Shown here piece by piece: positions 10,631-19,751 of a stretch of 20,000 nt of DNA. The stretch lies in contig MU057555.1 of NCBI GenBank assembly GCA_013265495.1, positions 123,339 to 143,338 of the forward strand. The letters run 5' to 3'. This DNA comes from Vicugna vicugna (Eukaryota). Below the pieces are notes generated by a model. That model did not search any database. It was not told the origin of the DNA and was given only the letters and a program-made list of their open reading frames with translations. How positions within the stretch are numbered: the stretch's first letter is position 1; each line of letters opens with the position of its first letter. The position numbers and the translations under genes are program-made.

Positions 10631-12045
10631 AGGAGGGTGAAGGGGGTGGTTTGGCTGCCTGGGATCAGGGGTAGGGGTGGGCGCCCTGAGCTCTGGGTGG
10701 TGTGGGGAGCTTGTGGGCTGCAGGTTGGGTGGGCTGTGTGAGGAGAAAGCCTGGGGGGTGGGGGCTGGCTGGGTGGGGACTGCAGTTACCCTGACAGTGG
10801 AGGGAGCTGTGAGTGTGGAGAAGTGGTCATCGGGACAGAAGTGCGGCCTGGAAATGTGGTCAGGTAGAGGTGGGGCCGAGGGACAGGTGGATGATGCTGT
10901 GGCATTGGTGGCCCTCCTGAATGCATGTTCAGAGCCTGGAGAGGCCAGACCTGGGCAGGAGCCCTGCCAGGGGCCAGCAGCCAGAGCCCCGAGTGTCCAG
11001 GGGTCCTTCCTGAGAGGCAGGCTCCTGGGGCAGGCTTGACCTGCCTCAGCTACAGGGGCATCAATTTGCAATTTCCAGCGCCAAGCTCCAGCCAAGGAGA
11101 GAGACTTCTATAAAATCAGACTTGGCTTTCCCCCAACTGGCTGGCCTCCTTCTCCCTGATTCTAAATGTCGGCTTGTCACAGTGTGTCTGCGTGCAAGCA
11201 CGAGCCTGCATCTCTAGGGGCGGTGGCTGAGGGGATGTTTGCTGTGCTGGGGGCAGCATGGGGGTGGTATCTCTCAGTAAGCGAGTGGCCATTCCCTCCC
11301 CCCATACCAGCCCCACGGTTCTTTTTATATCTCACATTTACAGAAACCCTAAACATCTGAGCCTGGGCGTAGTGGCAGCAGGCTGTTTGAGGCTGCAAGG
11401 GAAGGGACAGGAAGGTAGAGAGGCGGGGATAGCTGAGCCCAGCAGGCTGTCTGGGTCAGGGGGGCGGCCGCTGGCTTCCTTGCATCAGCCCCATAGCATC
11501 AGATGGTGCTGAGCTCTATTTAAAGGCTGCTTTCTCTGCCTCCACTGTGGGGTCCTCAGCAGGATGAATGAGCCAGAGGGAGGGCTGGTGTGGCCCCAAA
11601 ACCGGGCCATGTTTGCCCTGAGAAGCTGGGAGCAATCTCCCAGAGAAACAGTCCTGGTGCAGCCCCGACTGGGTCCCTATTGACATGGAATCTCCTTGCC
11701 CAGGCCGCCCTCTCCTATCCCTGCCCTAACTCTGCACCAGATGAGAAGCCTAATGAATGACCCCTGATCAAGGTTGCCCATAGGCAGCTGAGGGGAAGTG
11801 ATGGCTCCCTGGGCTTATGCACTGGCCTCTGGAAGTGGGTAACTCCTGCAGGATTCCCGAGGTACCCACTTCCTCCCTGAGGTGCATGATTATGTTCTCT
11901 TGCTTTTAGAGCATCGTCCTATAATACTGTGGTTCACCCCGAATGCACACACAAAGCCAGTTAGACCCCAGGGGCCTGCACACACAGGTCCTCCCTTCCT
12001 GACTCCTATTTTATTGATCAGAAGGCTGAGACCCAGGTTGGGACG

Positions 12046-12406
12046 TGTCTTAGTCCATTTGGGCTGCTGTAACAAAATACCATAGACTGGAAGGGTTAGA
12101 AACAACAGACATTTATTCCTCACAGTTCTGGAGGCTCGCAAGCCCAAGATCAAGGCGCTGGCAGATATGGTGTCTAGTGAGGGCTTTGTGGTTCACAGAC
12201 TGGTATCTTTTCACTGTGTCCTCATGCGGAAGAAAGGGCAAGGGAGTGTTCTGAGGTCTCTTAGATAAGGGCACTAATCCCATTCATGAGGGCCCCACCC
12301 TCATGACCCGATCATCCCAAAGGCCACACCTCCTAATACCATCACCTTGAGGGTTAGGGCTTCAACATATGAGTTTTGTAGGGGCACAGACATTCAGACC
12401 AGAGCA
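12046..12406 (-). mobile_element. MLT1A/MLT1A0 MaLR solo LTR
   Basis: Clearly similar to 6846-7209; TSD ggacg (12041-12045) and ggatg (12407-12411), differing by one CpG transition. Confidence 0.92.
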
Positions 12407-12410
12407 GGAT

Positions 12411-12432
12411 GTGTGTGTGTGTGTGTGTGTGT
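12411..12432. repeat. (GT)11 microsatellite
   Basis: Perfect dinucleotide run abutting the MLT1A TSD. Confidence 0.95.
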
Positions 12433-12761
12433 AGGTGGCAGGGTAGGGATTAGAGGATGGTCTGTCCAACTCTAGTATGCAGGCATCACCTACTTACCCC
12501 AGCACTGAGGCCCAGAGATGAGTGGGCTCCTGCACCCGGACACTAGCGCGGAGCAGTGAGTGTGACCCCCAGGCACAACAGAGCTCAAGAATGATGCCAG
12601 GAGTGTGAGGCTGGACCTGTGCTGACCAGGATGGTTGCCATGAGCCACAGGCGGCTATCGAACCCTTGAACGATACTGGTCTGAATGGAGATGTGCTCTG
12701 AGTGAAAAACTCATGTCAGGTTTCAAAAACTTCATATAAAAAAAATCTGAAAGATCTCAAT

Positions 12762-12998
12762 GGCATAAATTAGGGGTTGGGGATTAACAGATACACATTG
12801 CTATATGTAAAATAGATAAACAATGACCTACTCTTTAGCACAGGGAACTATAGTCAATTTATTGTAATAACATATAATGGAAAAGGCTCTGAAAAGAAAA
12901 AAATATATATGTATGTATACGTATAACTGAATCACTTTGCTGTATACCTGAAACTAACATTGTAAATCAACTACACGTCAATAAAAATTTTTTAATAA
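12762..12998 (+). mobile_element. 5'-truncated L1 3' tail (artiodactyl-type)
   Basis: agcacagggaactatagtcaa...ataactgaatcactttgctgtatacctgaaactaacattgtaaatcaactac; flanked by gatctcaat (12753-12761) and gatcgcaat (13002-13010). Confidence 0.85.
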
Positions 12999-13070
12999 AG
13001 GGATCGCAATAGTTACATATTTTTGGCTATGTTGCATTAAATAAAAATATCTTTCAAAATAATTTGCCTT

Positions 13071-14060
13071 CCTCAAAAAGCTAGTCATAGAGTTATCATG
13101 GGACCCAGCAACTCCAAACTTAGGTATACACCCCAAAGAGTTGAGAACACGTGGTTAAATGAAACTTGTATATACATGTATATAGCAGCACTATTCACAA
13201 TTGTCAAAAGGTAGAAATGGTGGGAAGGTATAGCTCAAGTGGTAGAGTGCATGCTTAGCACATACAAGGTCCTGGGTTCAATCCCCAGTACCTCCTCTAA
13301 AAGTAAAGTAAACCTAATTAACCCTTGTGAAAAAGATAAAAACAACCAAATATCCACCAACAGATGAATGGATAAAGAAAATGTGGTCCATCCACACAGT
13401 GGATTATTATTCAGCCATAAAAAGGAGTGGAGCTGTAACACAGTCTACAACATGGATGAACCTTGAAAATGTTATGCTAAGTGAAAGAAGCCAGACTAAA
13501 AGGTCACATATTATGTGATCCCATTTATGTGAAATATCCAGAAGAGGCAAATCTATAGCGACAGAAAGTACATTATTCAGAAAGTAGATTATTTGGTTAC
13601 CATGGGGGAAGGGAGCATGAAGGGATAAATTGGGAGATTGAGATCTGCAGATACTAACTATTTTATACAAAATAGATCAACAACAAGGTCCTACTGTATA
13701 GCACAGGGAACTATATTCAATCCGTGTAGAACCTATAACAAAAAAGAATATGAAAAGGAATATATGTATGTATATGTATGACTGAAACATGCTGTATATC
13801 AGAAACGGACACAACATTATAAACTGACTATACTTCAATTTAAAAAAAGGAATGTAGATTAGTGGTGGTCAGAGGCTGAGAGTGGGGGAAAGGAGAGTGA
13901 CTACTAATGGGGACTGGGTTTATCTTGGAGTAATAAAAATATTTTGAGATTAGATAGAAGTGGTGGTTGCACAACACTGAAAATACTAAATGCTGGGGAA
14001 ATTGTTCATCTTAAGTGGTTAATTTTATGTTATGTGAATTTCACCACAATTAAAAAAAAA
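13071..14060 (+). mobile_element. L1MB-like 3' end (ORF2 end plus 3'UTR) with a nested SINE and a younger L1 tail (~13592-13848)
   Basis: ORF 13327-13518 contains DEWIKKMWSIHTVDYYSAIKR...TTWMNLENVMLSE, an ORF2p C-terminal motif; ends gtgaatttcaccacaattaaaaaaaa. Confidence 0.9.
13218..13330 (+). mobile_element. tRNA-Ala-derived SINE (Vic-1-like)
   Basis: gggaaggtatagctcaagtggtagagtgcatgcttagc...; TSD aaaaggtagaaa (13206-13217) and aaaagataaaaa (13331-13342). Confidence 0.9.
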
Positions 14061-14932
14061 ACTTCACCTGTTTCCTTTTTTTTTACTTTCTTTAATGTAA
14101 TGACTAGAAAATTGAAATGTGACTCACTTTAAATTGCCTTTGAACGCGGTTGGTTTAGCCCACTGTGCCTTCAGGGGAATCAGATCACAGCTGCATCCTC
14201 TGTCCAGCAGGTGAAAACTCCCAGGATTGTGGCTGACCCAGAGCAGGGCAGGGAGGAGTTGTTGTCCTGGGGGCTGAGGTGGGGATGGGAGCTGTAACCA
14301 GGGGGCTTTTGATTCATTTTTCGGATCAATATGACCTTGCTCTCCCTGGCTGGCCTGAGAAGCAGAGGATGGAGATTGGTGCCAAACTCTGAACCATCTT
14401 GAACCTCTGACTGCCTGAATTTCAAAGACCTCGAGAGTTTCCTGTTGCTTGGTGGTTTGGTAGTTTGCACCGCCAGCATCCTGGCAGACAGGGGGGTGTC
14501 ACCTGGGAGTAGGTTTAGGATAAGATGACAGACAACCAGAAAAGGAGGGGCATGGGTTGGAGGAGACAGATGAGGCAGGAGATAACTCGAGTCCAGGTGG
14601 GAGGGGCATGTCCTCACCTTCTCAGGGTTGATTGGAGGGAAACCAACTGGGTGTAGAATCAAGGTCTATGCTTTTCCCGCTGTGGGACCTTGGGCAACTG
14701 ATCGACCTCAGCTGGCTTGGTTTCTGGGTCCTCCTGAGCCATCTGCTCCGTTCTGAGTAGTCGTTAGAAAATTCTTTCGAATAGAGAGGCCAGGCATTTC
14801 CATGCGGGATGTCCCGCGGGTCTTACCTTGGAGCAGGAGGAAGGGGTGCTCTTCTGCCCTGTTTTGGCATCACCAACTCCGCGTTCCCGGACCAGTTAGT
14901 TACAGCGATCACGTACTTGACCATTCGTCGTC

Positions 14933-14951
14933 TGGCCTCTAGGTGGCGCTG
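14933..14951 (+). promoter_or_regulatory. CTCF binding motif
   Basis: TGGCCTCTAGGTGGCGCTG versus the CTCF consensus TGGCCACCAGGGGGCGCTA, differing only at degenerate positions; lies in a locally CpG-rich patch. Confidence 0.75.
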
Positions 14952-15235
14952 CCTACCTGCCCGGTGGGCCTTGACTGGTCCAGTCTGTGCAACTTCAGCT
15001 CAACCAATGCCCCGGGGCCCTCCTGGGGACCGGGAGCTGGGGGACATGTCCTTGAACAAGGCCCAGGCCTTGGTCTGGGGGGCACTGAGTCTCATTTGGT
15101 TGTCCAATGGGTTGATTATTATAACATGGTCTTTGATCAGCCTGGGAGATCTGGAGCTCAGAGAAAGCCCTTTTTGCAGAAGAAGGCATCTGCAGGCCTT
15201 TACAAACGGTTTCCTGATTACAAAAGTGATCTTGG

Positions 15236-15369
15236 TTTTTTTTTTTTTTTTTTTTTTGGCAGGGGAGGGGGAGGTAATTAGGTTTATTTATTTTTTAATG
15301 GAGGTACCAGGGATGAACCCAGGACCGCCTGCATGCTAAGCAAACACTTTACTGAGCTATACCCTCCCC
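15236..15369 (-). mobile_element. tRNA-Ala-derived SINE (Vic-1-like)
   Basis: Long poly-T, ggaggtaattaggtttattt, gaacccaggaccgcctgcatgctaagc, gagctataccctcccc. Confidence 0.9.
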
Positions 15370-15649
15370 ACGATTGTGTGTTTTTGTAGAATTAATTAAG
15401 TACAGCACCAAAGTCTACCCAGCTCTCCATCAAGGGCCTTCCCCACCCTCTTCAGAGGTAAACATCACGATCCACAGCTGGCAGTGTATATCTCCAGATC
15501 ATTTTCTCCTGAGCAAACAGAATCTTGTAGGGTATCTTCTGGGTGGAGAAGCCTTTCTGAGAGCTGGAGCAGGGTGGGCAAGAGGGAGGTGGTGGGAAGA
15601 AGCCAGACTGGGTGCAGTGGGGTGGGAGGTGGGGAGGGTGGCTGGAACT

Positions 15650-15830
15650 CTGGGCAGCTTGCAGAAGCTGGAAGAAAGGCCTGGAGTAGAGTCTCCTTCA
15701 GTCTTGGGTGGGCACCAACTCTACCGACAACTGCATTTCAGACTTCTTAACTCCTAAACTGAGAGAATAAATTGCTGGTGTTTTAAGCCAACCAGCCTGT
15801 GGTAATTTGTTTCGGCAGCCCTAATATGAC
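15650..15830 (+). mobile_element. MLT1 (B/C/D-like) LTR 3' portion
   Basis: cagaagctggaagaaaggc...atttcagacttct...aactgagagaataaatt...gttttaagcca...tgtggtaatttgtttcggcagccct. Confidence 0.8.
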
Positions 15831-16180
15831 CACTGTTTTCTTTAATATTTTAAAAGCCGTCACTTTTTCTTTTAAAAATTTAAATCTTTCATCACTACTC
15901 AGCGATGGTATCTGGAAGATACTGTCTTTGCTGTGCTGGTGAGTATTTCTCAAATGCGTGGTGAAATTAACACAGTCTTCCTGCTGAGGGTCCTCTCCCC
16001 ATCCACCTCCTTCTGGTTGCTTCCCTAAAATCAGATCTTTACCCCAGTGCTGCTCAGAGTTTCCGAGGAGCCAGTAGTCCCCATAGTTGCGGCTCTCCCA
16101 TTGGCAGCCACGTACAGATCTGGTTCTCCCTTGAACCCTCAAACTGGGTATTGTCACCTATCCACACCCTCCACCATAGC

Positions 16181-16825
16181 TGAAGGAGATTGGCATACAT
16201 CACCCCAAATATGCTGCTTCAGCATAAGGGTTATTTTGAGCTGAAGGCACTGAGTATCAACAAATGCAGGAAGAGTTCTCTGCCCTCCTCTTTTCTGCCT
16301 AAAAGCAAGGTATGAATTTCCCCTGAAGGTGACATAAAGTTCTCTTTGTGAAGGTGTCCCCTCCTTCCCTTGTACCAGGAAGAGGAGAGTGACTCTCACC
16401 ACTGGAGACAGAAAGTCGGCACAGAGATGAGTCTGCATAAACAAATCTTACTAAAATAACCCTTAGCTTCCATTAGTTTCCCTCATACATTTCCTAGTCA
16501 CTTTCCCACAATTTATTGTCCCTTGAAACTCAAACCACCTTTCCTTTGTTAACATGGTATATAAACATGTATGACTGAGACATTATGCTGTACACCAGAA
16601 ATTGACACAACATTGTAAACTGACTATACTTAAATAAAGAAAAAATGGTATATAAGACCCTGAGTCTAATTGCTTTTTTGAATTTCATTACTTTTCTGTG
16701 AATACATTTAAATATTAATAAAAATATGTGCCTTTTCTGCCATTAATCTGTTATTTGCTAATTTAATTCACAGGCCCTAAGCACTGACTCTAAGAGGGTA
16801 GAGGAAAAGCTTTACTTCCCCAACA
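16181..16825 (+). mobile_element. MER34-family ERV1 solo LTR with an internal L1-tail insertion (~16565-16641)
   Basis: TG...CA termini (tgaagg...cccaaca); caccccaaatatg...ttattttgagctgaaggca is typical of MER34; TATATAA is followed by AATAAA at ~16717. Confidence 0.85.
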
Positions 16826-16834
16826 GTGGTGGGT

Positions 16835-16960
16835 TCCCATTTTACAGACAGGATGTTGAGGCTCAGGTAGCAATGGGAGGCTGTGGTTTCTAGGGAAGGG
16901 GCAGTGATTCCTTGAAGCCCCAAGGACACATCTGAAATGGAGCCTGAGTCTCTTGGATCT
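16835..16960 (-). mobile_element. MIR fragment
   Basis: cccattttacagacaggatgttgaggctcagg. Confidence 0.6.
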
Positions 16961-17697
16961 CTATGCCCAGGAAGGGAGCTGTCTGGGGCATGTGCGCAGC
17001 ACAACTGTCTCTCAGTTTCCATTTCCTTTGCCCTTTCGTCAACCTTCCATATGATGCAGCTCAGATCAGGAACTCGAGGGAGGTGAGACCTGCTTCTAAG
17101 CCAAGCCCCCTTCTGCCTCTTAATTCCCTAATCCCCACCCCCAACTTTGTGTCTCATGGGCAACTTACACTTGCTCCAGCTTAAAGGTGAGGGCTATGGA
17201 GGAGGTCTAGCCCCCCGGCACTCAGCCACAGGCTTGGCCTTTGGGCCCAGAGATGTGGGGGCTCAGGCAGTGGGCTTTGTTCCCTTCTGAACAGGTGGCT
17301 GCAGCTTCCCTGGCTCCTGAGGGAACTGCACACATCCACCTGTTCCTTGAATAGCCCCAGTACTAAGGGAGGGGGAACTTTGCCAGGGGTCAGCCCTGCC
17401 TTGGGCAGGCAGCTGGTCTAGGAGTCTGTGGAGGTTGTGACTGGGGAAGCTGCCTGGTTAGGAAGTTAAAACTCTCTTTAGTTTCTTACTGGACTGATCC
17501 TTTCCTTGGTGCCACATTTATAGGAGGGACTCTGCCCACCCTGCTTTTTGGAGTCCCTCAGCCTCCTCTACCTGAGGTGAGCTCAAGGCTTGGGGTCTGG
17601 AGCAAGACCTTTTGGAACTTTCTGTTTTGATGCTATGGTAGTAATGGCCTTAGTAAATAATAGCTCACTATGGACCACATGCTGTTTATTCTGAGAA

Positions 17698-18224
17698 CAG
17701 CAGTTCTCACAGGGGTCCAGAAACTTGGGGGCTGCTGAGACCCTTTCAGGGGGTCCATAAGACTGAATTGTTTTTATAATAATGTTAAGATGGCCTTGGC
17801 CTTTATCATTTTCATGCTCTCACACGTATATGATAGAGTTTCCAGGGGAGATTGGATATTGTAATAGGTGGAATGCAGAATCGGATATGAGAATCCAGCT
17901 GCCTTCTGTTAAGCCGACATTAATGAAATGCAAAAATGTAAAACAATGTTTCTTTTTTTGAAATTTGTTTTGGAAAATGTGGTTTTAAATTAAAAATATT
18001 CATTATCATTAGTAAGTTTATTGTTGATTGTGATTTAAAGACTAATGAATAGTTTTAAAAAGTCTTAGTTTTAATGTCTAAATGGCAAATAGCAGTAGCT
18101 ATAACTCATATAAACAGATGTGCTCTGAGGTCCTCAATATATTTATTTTTTATTTTTTTCTTTCTCAATATATATTTTTAAGAATGTAAAGGGGTGCTGA
18201 GAACAAAACATTTTAAAACTGCTG
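17698..18224 (+). mobile_element. Charlie4a-like non-autonomous hAT transposon, near full length
   Basis: TIR-like ends cagcagttctca / tttaaaactgctg; internal gagaccctttcagggggtcc and gatatgagaatccagctgccttctgttaagcc match the recalled Charlie4a. Confidence 0.8.
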
Positions 18225-18232
18225 ATGTGGAA

Positions 18233-18452
18233 CAGGGCCTAATCCAGCCCCCTGGCTAGTTGTTTTTGGAAGAGGGAAAGCCTGCCTGTTTTTATAAAGT
18301 TTTATTGGAGCATGGCTATACCCAATTATTTATATAAGGCTGCTTTCCTGATGCAATGTCCAGAGTTGAAGAGTTGAGACAAAGACCCTCTGGGCTACAA
18401 AACTGAAAATATTTACTCTCTGCTCCTTTAAGAAAAAGTTTGCTGACGACTG
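18233..18452 (+). mobile_element. MER58A
   Basis: cctgtttttataaagttttattggagca...aaaatatttactctctgctcctttaagaaaaagtttgctgac; flanked by atgtggaa and atgtaaaa. Confidence 0.8.
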
Positions 18453-18460
18453 ATGTAAAA

Positions 18461-18610
18461 TAATGCATTTAATCATCATAAATAGTTCTAATACTGTTCC
18501 TCTCTTACCGATGGGAGAACAGGCATAGAGAGGTTAAGTTACATTCCTAAGGTCACACAGCCAGTGAGACTGGAGCTGAGCCAAGCCCCTAGGTCAAATG
18601 GCTGACCTAG
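18461..18610 (-). mobile_element. MIR
   Basis: gcatttaatcatcata...aggcatagagaggttaagttacattcctaaggtcacacagccagtgag. Confidence 0.75.
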
Positions 18611-18887
18611 AAGTTGGGGTGTGGTGGATACTTTTGGTCAGTGTCCCCCTGCCAGGATCCCTGGAGCTCTGCCTACTAAGCTCTGTGGCAGGTGGAGCTT
18701 GTCTGCAGGGCTGGGAGCAACACACAGACATTGCAAAGAGTGCTGGCTAGAGAAGTTAAAGCTTTCTCATTCTTAGCCACTTTCAAACCGCCTCCTTCCT
18801 GGGTCCCCCCAGAGAGACCTGGGGAGAATTTTGCAGAGAATGTAAGGATCACTCCAATCCAGAAGCCCTTTGATACAACTTTTTTTT

Positions 18888-18893
18888 TTTATT
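18888..18893 (-). terminator. Candidate distal polyadenylation signal AATAAA
   Basis: tttatt on the + strand, ~860 nt after the stop codon. Confidence 0.6.
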
Positions 18894-19102
18894 TTTTTTT
18901 TCTTTTTGAATGTCATGCAATAATTCACAGTCCCAAGCCCACAGTTTTCAAACAAGGTAGGAAAAAGGAAAAAAGAAGCAAAGGAAATCGGTGGTGGTGT
19001 TTTTTTTTTTTTCTTTTTTCTTTTGTTATTTCAAGCAGGACCAAATGTCAGAAAAAATGCTTCTTTTTCTCAATCATTAATTTTTTGTCCTTTTTAAAAT
19101 TG

Positions 19103-19108
19103 TTTATT
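19103..19108 (-). terminator. Candidate proximal polyadenylation signal AATAAA
   Basis: tttatt on the + strand within the 3'UTR. Confidence 0.45.
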
Positions 19109-19751
19109 ATTTTTTTAAATTGATTTCTGCAGGCAGTAATAGTAGGGTTTGGTATAACCAGCAAGCACTCCTGGGTGTGTCTGAGAACGTGTGTGGGGTA
19201 TGAGTGTGTCTGGTGGAGGTCTGTGTGGGACGCTCGGTTTCCGCTTTGCTTCCGGCTTCTCGCCACACACGGGCCACCAGCTCGCGTTCACCAGGGGAAG
19301 GAAAGATTCAATTGAGATGATAAAACTCATCAATAGAAGCAATTTGTTATTCTCCCCGTTTTTCTTTTAAAAATGTTTTTTTTTTTTTAATTTCCATTTT
19401 CCCCAAGGTTCTCCAAAAATGGCTGAGTTAATTCGAATCCCTTGGCTGTGTGGTTTGTCTGCCCCCGAGGGCCCCCCCGACGTGGGGGATGGGGCTGGGT
19501 GGGGGGCGCCGTCGCTGCCCAGGAGCGGCTGAGGGTCTTTGCGGGACACCCTGGTGTGTCCCGGCCCTGGGGACTCCCTCCAGAGTCCGGGGTCGTCCGG
19601 CTGGTCCTCTCCTGGGCCCTCCTGGGCCTCCCCCGTGTGCTGGGCAGGTGGCAGCGAGGTGGCCCCGCGGCCGGTGCGGCTCCTCCCCGGGGGGCGTGTG
19701 CGTGGGGTGCATGGGGGGGCCGGGCGGGCGCGGGCGCCACCTCGCCCGGGC

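Larger units (their letters stand above)
12617..14128. mobile_element. MER33 (hAT-Charlie) split into three pieces (12617-12761, 13011-13070, 14060-14128) by L1 insertions
   Basis: Pieces are colinear with the recalled MER33: gagatgtgctctgagtgaaaa / tattttggctatgttgcattaaataaaa / ttcacctgtttcctttt...actagaaaatt. Confidence 0.75.
18868..19751 (-). other. CACNA1A: CACNA1A 3'UTR (distal end approximate)
   Basis: Follows the stop codon, contains no recognisable interspersed repeat, and changes from GC-rich to A-rich on the minus strand. AATAAA at 18888-18893 is followed by GU-containing sequence. The cleavage site is inferred. Confidence 0.75.

Noticed and set aside
10352..11095. Longest ORF in the track (247 aa, minus strand)
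   Set aside because: Non-ATG start, Pro-rich composition caused by G/C skew, partial overlap with an L2 fossil, and no recognisable domain.
11495..11512. REST/RE1 left half-site (TCAGCACC on minus)
   Set aside because: The GGACAG right half is missing.
6846..12406. Two similar MLT1A LTRs in the same orientation, as if flanking a provirus
   Set aside because: Each has its own distinct 5-bp TSD (GTGAG versus GGAYG), and the intervening DNA is not MaLR internal sequence, so they are independent solo LTRs.
18692..19342. Phe- or Lys-rich ORFs near the window end
   Set aside because: They are translations of the T/A tracts of the CACNA1A 3'UTR.
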